Part shown: in pieces, positions 33,578 through 45,299 of the stretch
How the letters are laid out: the number at the start of each line of letters is the position of its first letter
How positions within the stretch are numbered: position 1 is the stretch's first letter
From: Microthyrium microscopicum
Lineage: Eukaryota
DNA: 48,162 nt
Direction of reading: 5' to 3'
NCBI GenBank assembly: GCA_010405405.1
Contig: MU004241.1
Location: forward strand, 744,001-792,162
Position numbers and translations under genes: made by a program
Notes under the pieces: generated by a model
Seen by the model: only the letters and a program-made list of their open reading frames with translations
The model's database searches: none
Told to the model about the DNA's origin: nothing

Positions 33578-35710
33578 CTATGCGCTTGCTCCAGCAGCAG
33601 TCTTCTCCTCCTCACCAGGCGGATGACTACCACCACCACGCTGCCAATTCCAGACCGCCTCCTGAGCCATAGCAATAGATGTCTGATGACCGCGTTCCTT
33701 CTTTGACTCTTCCAGTATAGTTTCCAGCACATGGCTTTGCGAAACCTCCGCCCATAGCCCGTGTGCTAACAACGCGCGCTGACCAGCTCGTCCTTCATCT
33801 TTGAGCTCCTTCTCATCCCCGAACTCGCCGCTGCCCAAACGATAGAGCAGCCGACCCATTGTCTGCATCGCTATACAGCGTTGAGCTGGGTATGTAGATC
33901 GCGAGAGATGTGCTAGCTCGGCAATGGTGTAGCCTGCTGCATCAGGCGCATCGCCATGGTGGTGGAGACCGAGACTTGTAGGCAGAGAGTGGGACTTTGA
34001 TGGTGGGATGAGGCCGCCTTTGAAGTCGAAGCGGATGTATTTTGGATCGATGGCGTCCTGGGTTGTGCTATATGCGTCGCTTTCCGACGGATCATTAGGC
34101 TTCAGCCAGTCTAATTTCGAAGGATCGTGAGGCAAGTTAGGAAAGAACTTTTGATGAAGATCATCTAGAAAGGTGCCGGATTCTGGGTTCAGTTCTGGGA
34201 CGTCTGGTGGACGAGGGAAGTGTACACTAGCTTCATGAAGGTGAGCATCGGGCACTGGGTTGAATTGAGGGGTGGAAGGAAGGCTGTGATGAGAGGCAGA
34301 ACTCTTTCTATCGTCTTCGTCATCATCATCTACCGCAGCGAAAGATACTTTTCTATTGGTGCTCGACGATGGCCTCATAGGCAGAACGAAGGCATCTTGT
34401 TCTACTGTTTCGGGAGGAGTAGCAAGCGGTAAGCTGTGGCTTGTAGCTGTTGATAGTTCGTTCTTCTTGGCCACCTTTTCCGGAACTTTGAATGATACTC
34501 TCCGATCGGAACTTGAAGATCTCCTGCTGTGGGAAGGAGAACCACCAATGGAGCCTTCTGGGGTCACAAGTATACTATGACTTGATGCCGACGACAGCTC
34601 ATCCTTCTTTGATATTTCGTCTGGCACACTAAATGAGACCTTTCGATCTGAGACCGAAGATTGCCGGCTATGAGATGGTGTATTTTGCATAGATGTGTCA
34701 GGGGTAATCACAATACTATGACTGACAGCAGAAGATAGCTCATCTTTCTTTGCTACATGCTCTGGAACGCTGAAGGATACTTTTCGCTCATTGCTTGAAG
34801 ATCGCCGACTACGTGATGGAGTGCTATGTATCGATTCTTCCGGGGTGTCAGGGAGAGGAACGCTATGGCTGGTGGCTGACGGGTGGTTCTCTTTGTTATT
34901 GATTCCCTCTTCTGGTATAGAGAAGGATACCTTGCGATCGCTATGCGATGGTCTACTTGGGTCGCTTTGCGATGTTTCTTCGCTAGGCGGGGTTGGAAGG
35001 CTATGACTTGATGCGGTGGGTTCATGCTTTGGTTGCGTATCTGCATCTGGCAGAGAGAATGACACTTTGCGTGGAGAACTAGAGGCGCGATGCAGCTCTG
35101 GTGGGTTTGCGGAATTCTTTGAATAAACGCCGGACTGGGTCGTGGGTAGCGAGATGCTGTGGCTTCCGGCACTCATTCTTCGCTCTATTTTCTCGATTCG
35201 CGTTTCTCCTACAGCAAAAGATACCTTTCGCTCAGATGCACTTGGACGTTGAGAATCTTTTTGAGACGACATGTCTTCTGGGGAGGAGTTGTTGGTTCGT
35301 TGAAGAAGTTTTTTGACCAAATTGGGGTTGAGTTGAGAGAGAAGTTCTTGTCGTTCTTGTTCAATTTCTTCTGGGGACATGTGGGCAAGACGTTGCCTAT
35401 TCTCAGTATCTATCTCTTGCTTTTCACGGCCCTCTAGTGATGCATCCGAAGTGATGGCGGAATCTGACTCTTGGGGCTCTTCACGATTTTCATGACCACC
35501 TTTTTTGATGTATCGACGACGATGTGCGGGCCACCCACTGGCTGACTTTGGTGCTGAGGGTGGCATTGGCGCCGATGCTTCTCTTTCCTTGATATCCCCC
35601 ACGATATCGGTAACGGAGAATCCGGTTGGCCGCCCTGGCGGCATTTCATCCGGGGCAACTTCATCATCATCCAAGGGAATATGAAAGCGTTCACCGCGTA
35701 AGGTAGGCAT
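33578..35710 (-). CDS. RBA50: RNA polymerase II assembly factor Rba50/RPAP1 with expanded internal repeat region
   Basis: RPAP1_N (EIDTENRQRLAHMSPEEIEQERQELL) and RPAP1_C (RFDFKG...GLHHHGDAPDAAGYTIAELAHLSRSTYPAQRCIAMQTMGR); intronless, 710 aa. Confidence 0.9.
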   Translation of the reverse strand: MPTLRGERFHIPLDDDEVAPDEMPPGRPTGFSVTDIVGDIKEREASAPMPPSAPKSASGWPAHRRRYIKKGGHENREEPQESDSAITSDASLEGREKQEIDTENRQRLAHMSPEEIEQERQELLSQLNPNLVKKLLQRTNNSSPEDMSSQKDSQRPSASERKVSFAVGETRIEKIERRMSAGSHSISLPTTQSGVYSKNSANPPELHRASSSPRKVSFSLPDADTQPKHEPTASSHSLPTPPSEETSQSDPSRPSHSDRKVSFSIPEEGINNKENHPSATSHSVPLPDTPEESIHSTPSRSRRSSSNERKVSFSVPEHVAKKDELSSAVSHSIVITPDTSMQNTPSHSRQSSVSDRKVSFSVPDEISKKDELSSASSHSILVTPEGSIGGSPSHSRRSSSSDRRVSFKVPEKVAKKNELSTATSHSLPLATPPETVEQDAFVLPMRPSSSTNRKVSFAAVDDDDEDDRKSSASHHSLPSTPQFNPVPDAHLHEASVHFPRPPDVPELNPESGTFLDDLHQKFFPNLPHDPSKLDWLKPNDPSESDAYSTTQDAIDPKYIRFDFKGGLIPPSKSHSLPTSLGLHHHGDAPDAAGYTIAELAHLSRSTYPAQRCIAMQTMGRLLYRLGSGEFGDEKELKDEGRAGQRALLAHGLWAEVSQSHVLETILEESKKERGHQTSIAMAQEAVWNWQRGGGSHPPGEEEKTAAGASA
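34280..35230 (-). repeat. seven degenerate 45-53 codon tandem repeats within RBA50 (R[KR]VSF...SHS)
   Basis: R[KR]VSF codons start at 35230, 35071, 34936, 34786, 34645, 34504 and 34354. Confidence 0.88.
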
Positions 35711-36859
35711 TGTGAACGTATGCCGTTGAAATGAAATAAGTGGTCAGTGATGTAGTACGATGAATTGTTGAGGGGAAACAATCCGATAAAGTAGGCGCAT
35801 GGACCATAAAACGGCTTTTGAATGGAATACTGGCAAAGTGCCAAAGATATAATTGTTGCGAAAGAAGGACCTTCAACCAGGAAGTGGGTATCGTGACCTG
35901 TACAGTTAAGGTGAAGTTGTTGTTAACTTCAAATTGTTGCAAGGTTGTAAACTTTGGTAGATGCCGATGAATGATTGTTGGGGACCAAAACAACCTTAGC
36001 GGGCCTTGGCGGTGTGGGCAACCGTTGTTCCACGGTTAATTAATAATCAACCATCGAACCACAGTTAGTTAAATTTTAATCGTCTTTTGACCGTTAGGAA
36101 ACATATATGTTGGTGAAGCCTTATCGTAGGCTAATGGTTAAATAATCTGCCAACGTTTATAGGTAATAATCGTTAAATGATAGTTAATTGACTATATAAC
36201 TATTAAATAAGTGTTAGTCTAATTAGTAAATATTAATTAGTAGTTAGCCTAGATTTTAACTATTTAATATTAGTAAGCTAAAGATTAACTATTAGTTAAT
36301 AGCGTAGTAAGTAAAGCTTAGCGCTATATACCTACTTATCTTAATTTTAAGATGTAAAGTCTTACTTCTTCTTTTTTTAGATTAGGCTAATATATTTATA
36401 AAGTTTTAAGCGTTTATTATATCTATTTAGCTTATTTTTAGATCCTATTTTTATATCTTGTTTTTACGTCTCGCTTTTATAATGTCGTTTTTTATACTTT
36501 TTTTTAAAAAGTTTATTTACTATGCCTTCTCCTTTGCTAATAAAGTAAGTAGCTACTAGTTTATTTAATAAACCTCCTAAGAAGTAACTTTAAAAGTTGT
36601 AAAATTTTTTTATAAAATATCTACTCTAGATATATATATATTTAATTAAATATCTCTAATATACTTCTCTATACTTTACTATAATTATTTATTACGTTAT
36701 ATACTTTCTTTTTTACTTATACTAATATACTTATTATACTTTAGCTTTATATAATTCTTAATTACCTTATATACCTTTACTTATTACTATTTATATACTT
36801 ATTACTACTATATAGGCTATTTTATTATAAAGTATACTTATATATATAATAAATATTAA

Positions 36860-38360
36860 CTATAAAAATAGACTCTTAATAATAATAATAATAATAATAA
36901 AGAAGAAGATAAAGTTAATCTATATACTAGTCTAGCTATTAAACTAGTAGTACCTATAAAGAAAGTTTAGCCTTTAAAGAAGGCTAAAGAGTTTATAGCT
37001 AGTTATACTATTACTAAGTTTATTACTAACGTAATAACTATTAAGTTAATAAATAATTAAGCTTTTTATAAGCTTAAGTAGGAGCTATTTTTATATAGCC
37101 TACTTAGAGATAAAGATTTAGAAGTATACTAAGTAGTCTAATAAGATAAGATAATCTAGAAAGAGGATCTAAGATTTATAGCTTTCTATCTAAAATATAG
37201 ATAGCGTACGTAAATAATAAAAAATACTATAGTTATAGCTATCTAAGTAAGTAAACTATTTCCTTTCTTTTCCTTTCCTTTTATTCTTATATATACCTAA
37301 TACTATACTTCTCCTTTCCTTTTATTCTTATATATACTTAATACTATATTTCTTTATCTTATTATATTCTACTCTATTTTACTTTATTATATTCTATATA
37401 ATCTTATATTACTATTCTATTCTATATTGCTACTCTACTATATAATATTACTTATATATAATAGATATTAATATATATAAATAGAAATACGTTTAAGTCT
37501 TTATAGAGGTAAAACCTAAGTTAGTTAATATAACTATAAATAGCTAGAAAAGTTATTTAAAATAAGTTTTTAATACTAAAATTTTTTTATTTTATTATAA
37601 TTTCCTAATAGGCTACTTAGACGCCTAAAAGATAATTACTAAGAAGATTACTAGCTCTTACTATATAGAGTATATATATATATACCTTTTCTTTTCTTCT
37701 CTTACCTTTTTTTTTCTTCTTTTACTTTTTCTTTCTTTCCTTTCCTTTTCTTTCCTTTACTTTTCTATCTCTTTCTATTATATAGGTATCTTAGATATTT
37801 TTCTATTAATAAGTTAGGTTTATATTCTAGTAACTTCTTTCTATTTATTAATTTATTTATCTATCTATTAGTAGATAGCTATAGCTATATACTATCCTTA
37901 AATCTTACTAGTAGTCTATCTATATATACTAATATATAACTATAGATTTCTATATAAACCTTTACTTAGTAGTGAAGAATACTTTTATAAATATAAAGTT
38001 TAAAGATAGTTAAGTAAAGATAATTGCTTAGTTTAACTAGATACTTAGTTATAAAAATTTTCGTAATATTAAGAAATCCTTATTTATAAAGGTTATAGTT
38101 TTTAAGTTAAAGAAAGCTTACGTAGCTTAAAAGGAGCTTATTGCTACTAAGCTTATAGTAATATTATTTAATTTAGAACCTCTAAATCCCTTATTTAAGA
38201 ATAAAGGGGATAATAATAAAGATAAAGATAAGGATAAGAATAAAGATAAAGATAAAGAGTTAGTAGAGAGTAAGGATAGAGAAGGTAGAATAAGTAATAA
38301 TAGAGAAAGTAATAATAATAAAGAGCCTCTTAAAGAGAATAGCCTTAGGGCCTTTAGTTA
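36860..38360 (+). pseudogene. RIP-destroyed multi-exon gene of unknown family
   Basis: (AAT)n AAA GAA GAA GAT reads as a former D/E run. GTAAGT donor at ~37247 followed by a T-rich repeat intron; second pyrimidine-rich intron ~37670-37786; GATAAA/GATAAG acidic run at ~38210-38260. Confidence 0.4.
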
Positions 38361-41300
38361 AAGTTAGTATTTTTATTTTAGTACTTTATAGTTTATAGTT
38401 TTAGCATAGTGTTTAGAGTCTTTGTTTTTTATTTTTGTTCTTTCGTTTAGGCTTTACCTTTATTTACTTATTTTGTACTACTTCTTCTCTTCTTTCTTTA
38501 TTTCTCTTATTTATCTCTTTCTTAGATTTTATCCTTAGGGTTATTATAAGTTATAGATAGTATTTATTTAATTGTGTCTAAATAACTTAGACCTAGGCAT
38601 AAATAGAAATAGATAGTAGTTTTAGCTTAGTATTTAGTAGTATAGTTTTAGTATAGGTATATTTCCTAATTAGATAATCTTTTAAAGACTAGGATAGTTA
38701 TAGTCTTAGGCCTTATCTTATACTATATAGCTATCTAGATATTCTTTATAGTTTATAATTTAGAGGTCTAATAGTAATCCTAGACGTTAAAGTAATTAGT
38801 GACTAAGACTATATAATAATGCTCTTAGTCTAAACTATCCTAGTTATAAGTTCTTATTATCTTTCTCTATAATAAGGTATATTTAGTTATTAATTGTCCT
38901 AATATCTAGGATATAGCTATAAGTAAGTAGCACCTTAGATATTATATTAAACTCTTTTAGTATATTTAATAAGAATAACGTGCTAGTTTTATTTAGAGTT
39001 TTAGTTACTACTAAGCTTAATCTAAGCTATAGTAGCTATGCTTATTAGACGTTAATATTAATAGATTATTTATAAGGGCTAAATGTTTTAAATATATCTA
39101 TATTTAATAGAATGCTACTATAGGATATTATATCTAACCTATATAGTTTAAATGCTTTTAACGTAGCTAGGGGCTATAGTAATATTTTAGAACTAGATAG
39201 TCTTACCTTAGTGTTTATAATTAGTCTAATTTATACTAATAGAGAGTATAATACTAATAGATTTAACTCTAAGGTAAATAGATAAAGGTATTATAAGTAT
39301 AATTATAATATAATAATATATAGATAGTATTTATTATTTATATAAGTTAATTTTTCTATTCTTACTTAGCTTAAGGCGTTTACTATCTAATAACTATATT
39401 ATTATTTATTATATTAATAGCTTCTAAATCCTCTACTTCTTCTTCTACTATACTAATAGTAGCTTTTACTTTAACTAGCGCTTTAAAGGCGTAAGCTTTT
39501 AGCTATATGTCGTTTTTAGTCTTAAAGGACTACTTTATTTTTAGAATTAAGCTTATTGCCTCTTCTAGGTATCTAATTGCCTTTTATATTATAAGAATAG
39601 TTAGTTATTATGTATACTATAGTAATATAGTTAAGATTTACTTATTAGTAGTAGTAGTAGTAGTAGTAGTAGTAATAAATAGTTAAAAGTAGCTACTAAA
39701 TCTATATAGTCTAGATAACTAGAACTTAATAACTTGTCTAATTAGATACTTAATAGTAATAGGGAAGACCCTAAAGGAGAAGAGGAGATAAGGAATAGCG
39801 CTTATAAGGATATATCTATTAGTTTATAATTAAATTAGTACGTAAATAATTTTTTTAGAGGTATAAAAGTAGAGTAAAGAATAGAGTGTTGTTATATTTT
39901 AGATAAGTTATATTATATAAAGCTCTATGCTATAGTTTCTACTAGAATTCCTTACTATTGTGTCTTCTATTTATAAGTAAAAGTCTAAAGGTAGTATATA
40001 TAAAAGTTTATAGGCCTCTTTATATAATTTCTAGCTATATATAGTAGTAAGATTTAACTAGATCTTAAGTTAGTTAGGTTAACTATTATAGACTTATAGA
40101 CTAATTAATAGAGACCTATATAATTATATATTTATATATCTTTTAATAATATAGTAAATTGCGTCGCTATATAATATTATTAGACTTAATAACTATAAAA
40201 GCTAATATTTCTTTATATTAAGTAACTCTAATAAGAATATATTATTTATATTAAATATTATTTAGTATAAGCTTCTTATATTTTAATAAGCTAGTAGTAT
40301 ATAATAAAGGGATATAGAGATTTAGGTAGTTTCTATATATAGTAAAGCCGTATAGAGGTTTCTATAAGTATTATATATATATCTAAGAGCGTAAGAGGTC
40401 TAATTTAGACTATAGTCTAGAGAAGTTAGAGTAAAACCTTCCTATAGTATATACGAAGTATTCTAAAGGCTAAATTAGGGTATTATTATAGTAGTAAAGC
40501 GTACTAAAAGCTATGCTAAGGCGTATTAGTCTTAGATAAAAGTAAGTATTATAATAAATTAATTCTTACTATATATATATACTAGTAAATAATATCTAAT
40601 AAGGTAGAGTAAGAAATATAACAAAATTAATATATTGTATATAATTTAATACTAAATGTTAGAAAATAACTTAATTAGGAAGCCTAAAGCAATAGATACT
40701 TAGACTTAGTAATGCTTTTATACGTTTAATAGTAAAGGTATTAACTAATAATTATATCTTTTTATTATATAGTAGGATTACTTTAGCTAAGGGTTAAATT
40801 ATTTAACTAATAGCTTAATTGCTTTAATTAATAGTAGCTTTATTCTAGCTAATAGTAATAGACTATAGCAAAAGTAATTATACTAAGATTATAATATTTA
40901 GGCTAGAAAACTTAAATTTTACTATATAAGATAAAGTATATAGGTATAATAAAGGATATATAATCTAGACTAGACTTATATATATTACTAATCCTTAATA
41001 TTAAGCTATTACTTACTTATAAAAAAGATATACTATTATATATAAGACTAGGTTTATATATTTTACTACTATAGTAATATATACTAGCTAGGTTATTCTA
41101 ATAATATTAGTATATTATGCTATAAGTTTATATACTCTATTTAAGGCTAATACGCTATAATATATAAAGCTAATATAATTAAAGTAGAAGAAGGTTATAC
41201 TACTATAGTTAAAATAATAATCTATAAAGCTACTATAAATAAGTAAAGTAAGTATATACTACTACTATAAAAATATATAATAATAAGGAGATAAAAGTTA

Positions 41301-41608
41301 TATAATTAAGCTAAAGCTAAAGAAGGACATAATAATTATAATAATGTTTTAGTTCTTTCTAGCTAGAAGATTATATAAAAGTAATATATTAGTAAATAGA
41401 TGTAATATATAGAGATCCTAAAATAGAATAGTAATTTAAAATAATTATAATACTTAGTATCTCTAAATAATTAGTAAAGTTATACTACTATATAAGCTAG
41501 TAAGCTTTCTAGTTATGCTAGTTACCTAATATAGTAATAGGTAAATAAGTAGCTAAGGCTACCCTAAATTTTAGAGTTAATTAAAGCGCTCTATAGAGCT
41601 AAAAGATA

Positions 41609-41678
41609 AAGCTAATTAGTAATCTAATAAGCTAATTAATAATCTAATAAGCTAATTAGTAATCTAATAAGCTAATTA
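41609..41678. repeat. 20-bp tandem repeat x3.5
   Basis: (AAGCTAATTARTAATCTAAT)n. Confidence 0.85.
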
Positions 41679-44600
41679 TATTAGCCTTTAGTAATTACTC
41701 TAAGGCTAGTAGCCTTTATACTAGCCTTATAGACAATTTATAAATAATTACTCCTACTTAAATAGTAAGAGTAATAAAGTTATAATACCCTACTATTAGT
41801 ATTTAAAAGACTTTAGATTTTTACTACGTTCTAGATCTCTTTATCTTCTATTTTCTATCCTCTACTTAAAAAAATTATTAAAATTAGGCTTTAACTAGCT
41901 AATATTCGTCTTCTTTATTAAATTCTCTTATTACTTCGTAGCTTAGCCTTAGGCTTAGCCTAAATTCTATTAAAAATTATAATATTACCTTAAAATACTA
42001 GACTTTTAGTTAAATTATACTCTATTATAATTAGTTAACCTCTATTCTTAATTATAGCTAGTTAAGCTTATTAATTTAGTAAGCGTCTTAAAGAGTTAGA
42101 GATAAGGCTATCCTCTAAATGCCCTTATATAGATAGTAGCTCTAAGGCCTTTAGTAATAAAGATAATAATCTTCTTATTCTTAACCTTAATAACCTTAAT
42201 AATCCTTAGGTACCTATACTCTTATTTCTAAATCTAAAAAAGCTTCTCTAACGTATAATAGGATATAATAATAGATTAGATTAATTCTACTTTCCTATAG
42301 TATTAAATCTATAACACTCTTTAAAGTAAAGTTATAGAGGGTCTTAATAATTAAGATACTATTCTATAATCTAATATTATTAATCTTAATGCCTTCTAGG
42401 GGCTTTAAGACCTTATAGACTATAATAATTATTGTCTTAACCTATTTAATAATAATAATAATAAAGATATAGTTTCTATTAATTCTAGCTCTACTAATAA
42501 TAATAATTAGCCTAGAGTGCTATTATCTTTTAGTTACGTTATTTCTTTTTCTAGCTTAGCTATTAAGGTTTATCTAAGTAATTAGCTTAACTTAACTCGT
42601 GCTACTACCTTCTAGTCTAATAATAATAGTAATAATTTTATTATATTACTATATATTTACTTAAGTACTATTATAATATAATTTGCTCTAGGTCTAGGTA
42701 TCTAGTATAAAACTAATAGTATTTCTTATTCTGCTTATACTTTACTATAAGAGCTACTTAGTCTTATTAACTACGTATAAGTTAATAATATAGCTTTATT
42801 ACTAAGTATATTATAAAAGTAGGTTATAGGAAAACTACCTTTACTTTAACTTTAAAAAAAGAATATCTATCTAATTACTAAGTAATAGCTATCTTGCTAT
42901 AAATATAAGAAGTATTAACTAGAAGTAATATAGATTATAGAGCCCTTATACTTTTTTAATCTCTATAAGCTTTTTATTTACCTTCTATTATTATCTATTA
43001 TATCTAATAAGATCTAGAAAGATATAGCTTAATTTATAGATACTCCTAAGGAGCTTTAGGAGTTAAATACCTAGGTATTCTTTATCTATACTTTAGGTAG
43101 AGTATTTACTTACTATAGTAGTATAAAGAGTAATTCTATATTTCTTTTAAACTTTATTATATTTAAGTATAATAATCCTAATTATTTCTATTAGTTTGTT
43201 ACTTAGATCTAGGATGATAAAGATATAGCGTTTACTAAGCTCTATACTAGCTAAGTCTTAGTATTTAGTAAAGATTATTATACTAATCGTAAATATAATA
43301 GTAATAAAGGTAATGTTATTCTTAAAGTCTAGTATATATACCTTAGTAATAGTTAGTAGTTTACTAATATAGCGTTTAATCCTTCTATAGTTATAGATAA
43401 AATAGTTATTATTAAAGATGATACTACTTTTATTTCTAAGTCCTCTATATTATATTAATTTAGTAATAGTATATTCTATATTAATAAAGAGTATAGTATT
43501 AATTATAAACTATTCTTTCCTATTAACTTACGTCCTACTAAAGGTAAAGCTCTTATTAAATTCTATAAGGATAAGAGAGCTTAGTAGTATATTTATTAGA
43601 TTTAGAATACTAAATAATAAGAACTTTAGCTCTTCTTTAAGAGCTTACTAATTTATAGTCTCCTTAAGATTAAGCACTTTAGACGTTAAGTACTTATTAA
43701 TTAATTTAATCTTAACTAGTATAAAGTTATCTTACTTCCTATTCTTATATTTATTAATAGGTTTAGTTTATATATAAATATATATTACTTTTTAATAAAA
43801 ATATATACTATTATTGCTACCTTTTTATTTAAAGAGTAGGCTTATTAATTTAATATCTTTCTACTTACCTTAGAACCCTATAGTAGTAGTCTATTAAAGG
43901 TTTCTAACGCTCTAAAGTTTATTACTTAACTTAATAAGAAAGTTAAGCTTTAGATTAATAGTAAGGATATCTTCCTCTATATACTTACTTTATTCTTTAT
44001 TAGTAACTATTCTTAGTAGAATTTAAACTATAGCTTAATTAGTCTAAGTAAAAACTACTCTTATTATATATGCTTTATTACTATAGTTAAACGTATTAAT
44101 TTAGATTATAATATCTTTAATAATAGCTAGTTCTATTCTAAAGCTATACGTTAACGTAAATTTATAGATAGTATTATAACTATAATAAAGAAAAAGGTAT
44201 TCTTTAAAAAGTAGGGTGTTTATAAAAAACCTTTAGCTATTAAGGTACTTGCTCTAGTACTTAACCTAATTATAAGCTACTTACTAGATCTAGCTTATTC
44301 TAAGTATAAGGGTATAATTTTACTTATATATTCTATCTTAATTAAGGCTATTCTTATACTAGTAGCTCTTACTAACTATGTAAAGATATTATATTTATTT
44401 TTGTTTTTTATAAGCTAGCCTTATCTATCTTTTCTAATTTAATATCTTAGGTTATATTACTTCTTAGAATATGCTTAATAGTTAATTATTACCCCTATTC
44501 TACTCTATATCTAGCTTTAAAGCAAATATATTAAGAAGTACTATATTAATGCTTTATAAGATATTATTACTAATAAGGTTACTAATAATAAGAAAGATAA

Positions 44601-45299
44601 AATTAACTATACTATACTAGCTTATTTCCTTATTACTACGTTTACTAGACTTACTAAGTTTAATATCCTTTTAATAAATAAGTCTATAGCTTAAGAGGTA
44701 TATAGTATATTTATATAAGATATTTTATAAGCTTATAAAATCCTTTATATCCTTCTTAAAGCTACTACTATATCTATAGAGTGAAACCTATATAGCTATA
44801 ACGTTAGCCTTTAAGGCTATAGCAAATCTAATAAACGTAGTAAGACTAGTAAGACTTAAGCTTTATTTACTTCTAATACTACTTAAGGTTTACGTAGCTC
44901 TACTTATAGATCTATAACTATTTTATTTACTAGTACTAGTTATAATAGAGGTTAAGATAGTTAAGGTTAAGGTTATACTACCTTTTATAGCTAATTAACT
45001 ACTACTCTAAGTATTCTATAGTTTAATAAACTAAATAATAAAATATCTAAAAATAAAGATAAGAAAGGAACTATAGCTAATATCCTATTAGAAGCTACTA
45101 CTTAGGTAGCTAGTATTATAGATCTAGCCTAATAGGAAGTAATAAAGTATAAGATCTATACTATTATATAGTATTATAATAAAGCTAAAAAAAGCATCAT
45201 TATACTAAAAGATTAATTTCTTAGAATTATTCTATAAAACTATTATTATTAGATTCGTCTTATTAAGATTATTACAACGGTGTAACTTTTAACTAGATA

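Noticed and set aside
35996..36022. LAGLGGVG peptide resembling an NB-ARC P-loop at the AT-rich junction
   Set aside because: Lacks the invariant GKT, has no supporting upstream frame and sits in the RBA50 promoter; likely chance.
41609..41678. 20-bp repeats as a CRISPR or telomeric array
   Set aside because: No spacers, eukaryotic context and not TTAGGG; a plain tandem repeat.
43418..43651. 77-aa I/L/Y/N-rich ORF in the AT-rich block
   Set aside because: RIP composition artefact.
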